Part shown: positions 57,833 through 64,000 of the stretch, one piece after another
Numbering within the stretch: the stretch's first letter is position 1
Layout: each line of letters opens with the position of its first letter
The notes under the pieces: model-generated
What the model was told of the DNA's origin: nothing
The model's input: only the letters and a program-made list of their open reading frames with translations
Database searches by the model: none
Origin: Candidatus Parcubacteria bacterium
Lineage (GTDB): Bacteria; Patescibacteriota; Minisyncoccia; Phycocordibacterales; UBA918
Reading direction: 5' to 3'
Length of the DNA: 64,000 nucleotides
Assembly (NCBI GenBank): GCA_021731405.1
Contig: JAKFXN010000005.1
Location: forward strand, 169,892 to 233,891
Program-made: the position numbers and the translations under genes

Positions 57833-57906
57833 TGGCTGCCCGACAAGGACTCGAACCTCGATAGGCGGTACCAGAAACCGCAGTCCTACCATTAGACGAT
57901 CGGGCA
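57833..57906 (-). tRNA. tRNA-Gln (anticodon CTG), CCA encoded
   Basis: Reverse complement TGCCCGA…anticodon loop TTCTGGT…T-arm GGTTCGAGTCC…TCGGGCA-G-CCA. 74 nt. Confidence 0.85.
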
Positions 57907-57994
57907 AAATTTACTTTGTTTACTCTCTTTCTCCTCTGCTCTGGTTGCACAATACTGCCATAGTAAGGCTCGTTTGGCAAAAGCAGCTTTGTGA

Positions 57995-58624
57995 TTACTT
58001 TTTTTCAAAAACGCGCATTGAACCTAAGTACTGCCAGCCGCAAGTGCCTTCGATTGGTTCGTGGTACTTCAGGTGAATGATGGTGGCGTTGCGAATGGTG
58101 AAGATTTGCCAGAAGCGTTTTACTGCTCGCCAAAAACTCATAGGCTGGTCTGAGCAAAGGTGTTCTAGAAAAATGTTTGTGAAGACGGCGTGTGAGACCA
58201 CTACCACGCGAGAGTCTTTAGGTAGTACCTCAAGGTGCTTTCTTGCTTCACGCACCCGAATAATAAAATCACCATAACTCTCTCCGTCCTCATGCCGTAC
58301 ACCCAAGAACCATGACGTGACGTAGAAAAAGGTTGAGATACCAACGTAGCGGTTCCCCACCAGTGAACGTGGCCGACGGAGCTCTTCAAAGGCGTAATGT
58401 GTATCAGGAATAATACCTTCGCAGTACTCAGCAATGATCTTGGTCGTCTGTACGGCGCGCAATTGGGTACTGCTTATGATATGCGTGGGTTTAAGTTCAC
58501 TAATCTCCCAAGCGGCTATCTCTGCCTGCTTTTGACCAACTTCATTGAGTGGAGTTTCGCTATGCTGATGACGCTTGGCAAGATTGCCGTCTGTCTGTCC
58601 GTGTCGTACAAAATATACATCCAT
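57995..58624 (-). CDS. Histidine phosphatase (phosphoglycerate-mutase-like) family protein
   Basis: RHGQT catalytic motif at the N-terminus. Confidence 0.75.
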   Translation of the reverse strand: MDVYFVRHGQTDGNLAKRHQHSETPLNEVGQKQAEIAAWEISELKPTHIISSTQLRAVQTTKIIAEYCEGIIPDTHYAFEELRRPRSLVGNRYVGISTFFYVTSWFLGVRHEDGESYGDFIIRVREARKHLEVLPKDSRVVVVSHAVFTNIFLEHLCSDQPMSFWRAVKRFWQIFTIRNATIIHLKYHEPIEGTCGWQYLGSMRVFEKK

Positions 58625-58631
58625 ACGATAC

Positions 58632-59669
58632 TTATTTTTTAGTCGTGAGCTCTATTACCGCTATCTCAAGTGGCAAATGCGGAATTGGTGAATAGGTAAT
58701 TTGCTCGGTAGCTGAGAGAAGGCGCAGAAGTAGGTGTGAGTTGAGCGGTGAAGCTGATTCTTTCGCCAGTGCTTTGAGAGCATCTTTGGCTGCTGGACCG
58801 AAGTTTGAAAGGAGTTCGTCTGCCTTGGCTGGCTGGTGTCGCACGAGCATAATCGCCCGCACGTTTTCAAGCAAAAGACGAGTGAAGAGTTTTATATCAA
58901 CATGAGCAGCTACTGCTTCAGAAATAGCCTCAAGTGCAGCCTCTGTCTTTCCTTCATGGAGCGACTTTACGAGTGAAAGCATAATCTCCCCACGAGGTGC
59001 ACCAATAATGGCCGCAACTTCATCCGCACTCCCGATAGCATCACCAGAAGCCAAAATCACTTTTTGGGTTACCCCTAGCGCATCACGAAACGAACCGTCA
59101 GCAGCAATCGCAATAAGGTCAGCAGCGTCAGGTGAAAGCTTAAAACCTTCCTTCCCCGCTACATCAGTGACAATCGAAGCAAGCACTGATCGTGACGGTG
59201 AACGGAAACGAAATACTTGGCAACGAGAAAGAATGGTATCAAGAAGCTTCTCTTCTTCTGTCGTCGCCAAAATAAAGATGACATGCGCTGGCGGTTCTTC
59301 GAGTGTCTTTAGAAGTGCATTAAAGGCTTCTTTGGTGAGCATGTGGACCTCGTCCACGATATACACTTTGTACTTAGATTCAAACGGCAGGGTGTGCACC
59401 GCTTCTTTGAGTTCACGAATATCATCAATACCGCGATTACTCGCCGCGTCTATCTCGTAGAGGTCTACACTACTCGTACCAATTGCTTTGGCAAAGATAC
59501 GAGCCATTGTGGTCTTACCTGTGCCTCGTGTACCAGAGAATAAAAGCGCATGAGGTATCTCACTTTTTTTGATTGCTCCTTCGAGCACCTTCACAATATG
59601 CTCTTGGTCACGAACTTCACTAAAGTCTTGCGGTCGGTATTTTCGATATAATGCTCCGTGTTCTGCCAT
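58632..59669 (-). CDS. dnaX: DNA polymerase III subunit gamma/tau (short form)
   Basis: YRPQDFSEV…HALLFSGTRGTGKTT Walker A and an AAA+ clamp-loader core. Only 345 aa. Confidence 0.85.
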   Translation of the reverse strand: MAEHGALYRKYRPQDFSEVRDQEHIVKVLEGAIKKSEIPHALLFSGTRGTGKTTMARIFAKAIGTSSVDLYEIDAASNRGIDDIRELKEAVHTLPFESKYKVYIVDEVHMLTKEAFNALLKTLEEPPAHVIFILATTEEEKLLDTILSRCQVFRFRSPSRSVLASIVTDVAGKEGFKLSPDAADLIAIAADGSFRDALGVTQKVILASGDAIGSADEVAAIIGAPRGEIMLSLVKSLHEGKTEAALEAISEAVAAHVDIKLFTRLLLENVRAIMLVRHQPAKADELLSNFGPAAKDALKALAKESASPLNSHLLLRLLSATEQITYSPIPHLPLEIAVIELTTKK

Positions 59670-59689
59670 AGGTTTTCTAGTATATCAGA

Positions 59690-60547
59690 TTATTGATAGG
59701 TCACGGCTTCTCGGGTAAAAGTACGTAATAAAGCGGTATCAGAAGCCAAATCTTCACTACCCAGAATAATGTATCCGAGTAGTCTTGATTCAGTATCAAA
59801 CTCTTCATCAAAGAGCGCAACAAGGGTGCGGTCAGCTGCCAGCGTGTAGCCATGTTTGCCACCGCGATAGCTTTTGTCTCTGACGGGGCTGTTATTTACC
59901 CAGCCAGTGTGTGGACCGACATACTGCTTGAGGCGAGTAATATCAAGCACGTGTTTATCTTCCTTGGCGAGGTAGGTCAAAAACTTTCCTAGGTCAGCTA
60001 CGGTTGATACATTTTTATCTGACAGTCCTGATACATCAACAAGCGCTGTGTCTTTCATCTGCAGTTTTGTAGTCAATGCCTCCATATCTTTTAGGAGCGC
60101 TCCTTTGGTGACGCGCATAAACACGGCCGCTGCGTCATTTGAAGATTCAAGTAAGAGTGGAAATAGAAGCTCACGATAAGTGTACTCAGTACCAGGAATC
60201 AGCTTTCCTGCTCTGCCGTCTGCATCTACATCAGCCGTGGTCACTACCCCCGATTCCTTGAGGATGTCGTTTTTAAGAAGGGCTGAAGCAGCCACCAGCT
60301 TGGTCACAGAAGCTATCGGGAGTACTGTCTCAGCATCTTGCTCGAGGAGCACTTCTCCGGTCTCAATATCAAAGACTCGAAAAGCAGCTTCAGGTAGTAG
60401 AAGTCCCGTGTCTTTCTTAATTGTAAAGATCGGTTCGGTTACTGGCGCGCTTTGCGCTTCAAGCGAAGTTGCCTGGCGGTATACGAGAAAAATACCCACC
60501 AGTACAATGAGAAATGAAATGGTCTTTATGACAGGCCAAGTGAGCAT
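59690..60547 (-). CDS. D-alanyl-D-alanine carboxypeptidase (peptidase S11)
   Basis: SxxK motif PIASVTKL; SGN-like and KTG-like (GGKHGYT) regions. Confidence 0.75.
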   Translation of the reverse strand: MLTWPVIKTISFLIVLVGIFLVYRQATSLEAQSAPVTEPIFTIKKDTGLLLPEAAFRVFDIETGEVLLEQDAETVLPIASVTKLVAASALLKNDILKESGVVTTADVDADGRAGKLIPGTEYTYRELLFPLLLESSNDAAAVFMRVTKGALLKDMEALTTKLQMKDTALVDVSGLSDKNVSTVADLGKFLTYLAKEDKHVLDITRLKQYVGPHTGWVNNSPVRDKSYRGGKHGYTLAADRTLVALFDEEFDTESRLLGYIILGSEDLASDTALLRTFTREAVTYQ

Positions 60548-60563
60548 ACCCCAATCATAACAC

Positions 60564-60592
60564 TACACCCCAAGGCCGAAGGCCTTGGGGTG
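60564..60592. terminator. GC-rich hairpin downstream of 60620..61066
   Basis: acaccccaaggcc-gaa-ggccttggggtgt. Confidence 0.45.
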
Positions 60593-60619
60593 TGCGTGCA
60601 TCTTTTGGGAAAGAAGATA

Positions 60620-61066
60620 TTACTTCTTGGCTGTCTTTGCTGCTGGCTTCACAGCCTTTGCAACTGCCTTTTCTACTTTCTTTACCGCCTTCTTCACAGC
60701 TTTCTTTTGTGGAGCAGCAGTCTTAGCGATTTGCTTCCAGTGCTCTTTCATTTCTTTCTTAAACGTAACAAGATCAGCTTTTGAAGCGCTCTTCACACCT
60801 TGGTACGCAGTACTTACAGTGTCGATAAGCTGCTCATACTCTTCTTGAGACATGTCTTTGGCTTCTTCAATCTTTTCTAGCACTTCTGCCTTTGCTTTTA
60901 GTGTCCAGCTCTTTACCGCCTTACGATTCTTGGCTGCGTTCTTACTACCATAGAGGAAGTATGCTCCAGCTGCTGCCACTGCTGCAGCAGTGAGACCAAC
61001 ACCAATTCCGACTGCTTGTTCTTTAGTAATTTTTTTACTTGCTGCCACTTTTTTCTTAGCTGCCAT
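60620..61066 (-). CDS. Lysine/alanine-rich membrane-anchored protein (histone-H1-like tails)
   Basis: N- and C-terminal KK/AKK repeats (KKAVKKAVKKVEKAVAKAVKPAAKTAKK). One TM helix. Confidence 0.45.
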   Translation of the reverse strand: MAAKKKVAASKKITKEQAVGIGVGLTAAAVAAAGAYFLYGSKNAAKNRKAVKSWTLKAKAEVLEKIEEAKDMSQEEYEQLIDTVSTAYQGVKSASKADLVTFKKEMKEHWKQIAKTAAPQKKAVKKAVKKVEKAVAKAVKPAAKTAKK

Positions 61067-61094
61067 ATATTATGAAAATTAATTTGTCTTCTTA

Positions 61095-61394
61095 TTAAGT
61101 ATACTCTTCTTCATCATCCTGTCGTGCTTTTTTTCGACGACCTCCCTTAGCTTTGCCGCCGCCAAACATTCCCATGACACGAGTGAGCAAACCATCTTCT
61201 GAAAAAAACATTCGGATGTGCGCCAAGTCACTCGCAAGGACTTCACTTCCTGCTTCTACTCGCTCCAAAATTGAGCGGACCAACTGCATAATCTTAATCA
61301 CTTGAAACAGCATATAACAGACGAGTATACAAAAGCAGACCGTCGCAATGCTGGCAATTATGAAAAAGATGTTGGCGTGTAGAATTTCATTCAT
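61095..61394 (-). CDS. Small membrane protein (DUF948-like)
   Basis: N-terminal TM, helical, with a basic/acidic tail. Confidence 0.4.
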   Translation of the reverse strand: MNEILHANIFFIIASIATVCFCILVCYMLFQVIKIMQLVRSILERVEAGSEVLASDLAHIRMFFSEDGLLTRVMGMFGGGKAKGGRRKKARQDDEEEYT

Positions 61395-61449
61395 CTCACC
61401 CTAGTGTATCAAGGTATTAATGAATGAACGGGTTTTTTGAGGTGGAAAA

Positions 61450-62490
61450 CTAGATTCCGTTTAGGGTGCTGTGGTTGGCTTTAAGAAAACGTTGTACTAC
61501 CGCTTCTATTTCAGCGTACGTCTCCTTTTCCATAAGCTCAGTTCGGAGTTCAGAGGCACCATGAAAATCCTTCACATAGGCTTTGTAGTGTTTCTTCATA
61601 AGCGCAAAGCTTTTAAAAGGTAGGAGTTCAGAGAACAGCTTGGTATGTTCAAGCATGACTGTCAGCTTCTCTTCTAGAGATACATTGATGGCGTCTTTTT
61701 CAGGATGAAAGAGCCACGGATTTCCAAAAATAGCTCGTCCCAGCATCACGCCGTCAGCACTTGTCATGTCAATCTTGGCGTGCGCATCAAGAAGCGAGAG
61801 TGCGTCACCATTGCCAATGATACGAGTCTTAAGCTTGTCACTTCCAAGCTGTGCATCTCGAATCTCAACCGCACGAGCGACCCGCTCCCACCGTGCAGGC
61901 ACCTTACTCATCTCCTTGCGAGTACGAGCATGCATAGTAATAGCCGCTGGAGTTTCATGGAGCAAAAATGGCAACCATTCTTCAAGCTGATCTTTGTTGT
62001 ATCCGAGACGAGTTTTGACCGAGACAGGTATTCCTCCTTCATCCATTTTTGCTCCTCGCTTGGCGGCACGAATAATCTTGGCTGCCATCTCAGGATTTTT
62101 TATCATCGCTGAGCCGCATCCCTGCTTCTCAATAGATTTGTCAGGACAACCCATATTGATATCCACCCCATCAAACCCAAGCTCAAGACAGAGTGCAGCT
62201 GCTTGTTCCATATGCTCTTCATTGCTCGAAAATAACTGCGCCACAATTGGGCGTTCCTCTTCAGTATAGATAAGATCAGCCATCAGCTTCACTTTTCCTT
62301 CTGGAGTAGCCCGAATGAGCCCATCTGCTGACACAAACTCTGTCCATGTCACATCAGGACCACCAACAGTACCGTCAAGGCGGGTATGACTACTGTACTT
62401 AGCAATCATCCGACGAAAAGGCGCATCGGTGACATCTGCCATCGGTGCCAGTACAAAAAATGGAGCTGGGAGTTTTTGCCAAAAAGACAT
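61450..62490 (-). CDS. dus: tRNA-dihydrouridine synthase
   Basis: FFVLAPMADVTDAPFRRM N-terminus. Catalytic-Cys region DINMGCP. Confidence 0.85.
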   Translation of the reverse strand: MSFWQKLPAPFFVLAPMADVTDAPFRRMIAKYSSHTRLDGTVGGPDVTWTEFVSADGLIRATPEGKVKLMADLIYTEEERPIVAQLFSSNEEHMEQAAALCLELGFDGVDINMGCPDKSIEKQGCGSAMIKNPEMAAKIIRAAKRGAKMDEGGIPVSVKTRLGYNKDQLEEWLPFLLHETPAAITMHARTRKEMSKVPARWERVARAVEIRDAQLGSDKLKTRIIGNGDALSLLDAHAKIDMTSADGVMLGRAIFGNPWLFHPEKDAINVSLEEKLTVMLEHTKLFSELLPFKSFALMKKHYKAYVKDFHGASELRTELMEKETYAEIEAVVQRFLKANHSTLNGI

Positions 62491-62528
62491 GGCACTGTTT
62501 TACCACACTTGGTGACTAAGGAATAGTC

Positions 62529-63407
62529 TTATTCCCCTCCTTCCGCTTCCGTCTCAGTTGTAGTGGCTGTTGTAGAAGCCGTCTCGAGCTGCGGCAACTC
62601 CTCATTCACAAACACCCGTGAACCAAAGCGCAAATCAATGTATTGGAAATTACCTGGAGCGATATGTGCAAACTCTTCTGACTGCAAAATAGTTACTAGA
62701 TTATCAAACGGCTTGGCGGCAGCTTCTGTGAGTGAGGTTCTTAACTCTCCACCACGAGCAAGCGTATAAAAAGCGTCGCGTGTGGTGTTTATTTCTATCT
62801 TGGTTACAAACCAACCAATATCAGAAAGGAGTTTGGTAAACTCTTTGGTAGCTTCATAATCAGCCGGCAAAAAAGGTTGCGCCTTAAGCTCTATGTCGCG
62901 TTCAAGCGTATAGTACCGAACCACACTCTCACCACGAAGATCAGGAGCATCAGCAAAAGCATAGCCATTTTCATCAAAAAACAAACACTGGTCCTCTTCT
63001 TTAAGTGAGCACCACAGCGTATCAGGAATATACTCATCGTACGTTACTTTCACCTCTGTGCCAGACACACGAGTAACTTTCACATTTTTAATACGCTCCA
63101 CTTGATTTACTGCCGCTAGTACTTTTTCTTCAGGATAAAAATAAGCAAAGCGTTTTGGAATAAGCCTGAGATACGCTCCCCCCAGTTCTTTTTCAGTTGC
63201 TTGTTTCACGACCTCTGCATCAATGGTCACGCCACCGCTCGCAGAAATGGTAGTGATGGTAAAGGAATCTATGCGAGTTCCATACCACACCAGCGCTATA
63301 AGCGTAGCGATAGCAGCAAAAACACCAATACCCAAAACCACCTGTCTGACGAGTTGTACAGTAGCTGGGTCAAGGTACTTTTTTCTTTTGTGTTGGCGTG
63401 GCTTCAT
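62529..63407 (-). CDS. ftsQ: Cell division protein FtsQ/DivIB-like
   Basis: Basic N-terminus, a single TM, then POTRA-like and beta domains. Acidic C-terminus. Confidence 0.55.
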   Translation of the reverse strand: MKPRQHKRKKYLDPATVQLVRQVVLGIGVFAAIATLIALVWYGTRIDSFTITTISASGGVTIDAEVVKQATEKELGGAYLRLIPKRFAYFYPEEKVLAAVNQVERIKNVKVTRVSGTEVKVTYDEYIPDTLWCSLKEEDQCLFFDENGYAFADAPDLRGESVVRYYTLERDIELKAQPFLPADYEATKEFTKLLSDIGWFVTKIEINTTRDAFYTLARGGELRTSLTEAAAKPFDNLVTILQSEEFAHIAPGNFQYIDLRFGSRVFVNEELPQLETASTTATTTETEAEGGE

Positions 63408-63418
63408 AGTGCTGATAC

Positions 63419-63449
63419 AAAAGCGGGCGAGCCATGCTCGCCCGCTTTT
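63419..63449. terminator. Rho-independent terminator downstream of serS
   Basis: aaagcgggcgagc-cat-gctcgcccgcttt with a T-tract. Confidence 0.6.
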
Positions 63450-63452
63450 AGG

Positions 63453-64000
63453 TTACCCAATTTTATCTTTGCCCATGTATGGGCGAAGGGCTTCTGGAAT
63501 ACTGATAGTACCGTCTGCTTGTTGGAAATTCTCAATCAAAGACACCAAGATGCGTGGTGTTGGAATGGCAGTACAGTTGAGAGAGTGGGCGTAGCGCATC
63601 TTCCCTTCAGCATCTTTGTATCGGATATTGAAGCGACGAGTTTGAAAATCGTGGAAGTATGAAGCAGAACTAATTTCTCGGTAGGTTTGCTCTCCAGGTA
63701 CCCAAAGCTCAATGTCGTACTTCTTTACCTGTCCTTGCCCTAAATCGCCACCACAGTTAAGAACGGTGCGGTATGGAATACCAAGTGATTCAATAAACTC
63801 CTCTGTATTTCGGTTGATCCATTCATGGTAGCGAACACTCTCTTCGTGCGAAGCTTCACACATCACCACTTGTTCGAGTTTAAAAAACTCATGGACCCGA
63901 ATCAGACCCTTTGTGTCCTTGCCATGACTTCCCGCTTCGCGACGGTAACAAGGAGAAAACGCCAAAAACTTTACCGGCAAGTCTGTGTGACTGAGTACCT
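63453..64000 (-). CDS. serS: Seryl-tRNA synthetase, C-terminal part (N-terminus beyond window)
   Basis: Class II aaRS motifs (FSPCYRREAGSHGKDTKGLIRVHEF…; motif 3 region). The ORF runs off the window end. Confidence 0.85.
   Translation of the reverse strand, partial: VLSHTDLPVKFLAFSPCYRREAGSHGKDTKGLIRVHEFFKLEQVVMCEASHEESVRYHEWINRNTEEFIESLGIPYRTVLNCGGDLGQGQVKKYDIELWVPGEQTYREISSASYFHDFQTRRFNIRYKDAEGKMRYAHSLNCTAIPTPRILVSLIENFQQADGTISIPEALRPYMGKDKIG

Noticed and set aside
59008-59460. 150-aa + ORF
   Set aside because: Antisense to dnaX; Ser/Ala-rich shadow translation.
1-64000. CRISPR arrays, rRNA genes, integrases/transposases
   Set aside because: No regularly spaced direct repeats, no rRNA-like conserved stretches and no recombinase or transposase-like ORFs were recognised on manual reading of either strand.

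Overview
This 64 kb window looks like a small-genome, Patescibacteria/CPR-like bacterium, judged from gene content only: a short 345-aa dnaX and many small secreted or membrane hypotheticals. It has roughly 45% GC and most genes lie on the minus strand. Housekeeping genes: typA/bipA, groES-groEL with a consensus sigma70 promoter, secG, RNase J, dnaX, a Dus tRNA-dihydrouridine synthase, an FtsQ-like protein, a partial serS, tRNA-Ser(GGA) and tRNA-Gln(CTG). Envelope and stress genes: an ECF sigma factor with a membrane partner, a LemA/MazG-like/HtpX/DUF3137 module, M23 and S11 peptidases, DsbA, DedA and SanA. Transporters: two MFS, an SLC13 permease with TrkA-C domains, MgtE and an SPC-motif P1B-type ATPase. 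There is also a glycoside-hydrolase cluster (GH1 beta-glucosidase, a DMT membrane protein and a membrane-anchored TIM-barrel glycosidase). Most interesting observations: (1) a low-GC islet at about 53.8-57.9 kb abutting tRNA-Gln. It carries a translationally coupled two-gene operon: a 563-aa protein I read as AIPR (abortive-infection phage resistance) family-like with an N-terminal PD-(D/E)xK-like motif, then a 226-aa transmembrane/coiled-coil protein, flanked by another TM/coiled-coil gene and DUF3761. This is a candidate uncharacterised anti-phage (Abi-type) system. (2) Three consecutive ATP-grasp ligase genes (one L-amino-acid-ligase-like, two RimK-like) next to a SAM methyltransferase and DsbA, a candidate ATP-grasp peptide-ligation/modification cluster. 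(3) A perfect 50-bp palindrome between rnj and an MFS gene that sequesters the MFS start codon. (4) An Arg/Gly-rich, GC-rich N-terminal extension on RNase J. (5) A 260-nt leader ending in an intrinsic terminator immediately upstream of a HAD hydrolase. (6) An aldose-1-epimerase gene split at a T6 homopolymer. Several rho-independent terminators are visible. No CRISPR array, rRNA, integrase or transposase was recognised.
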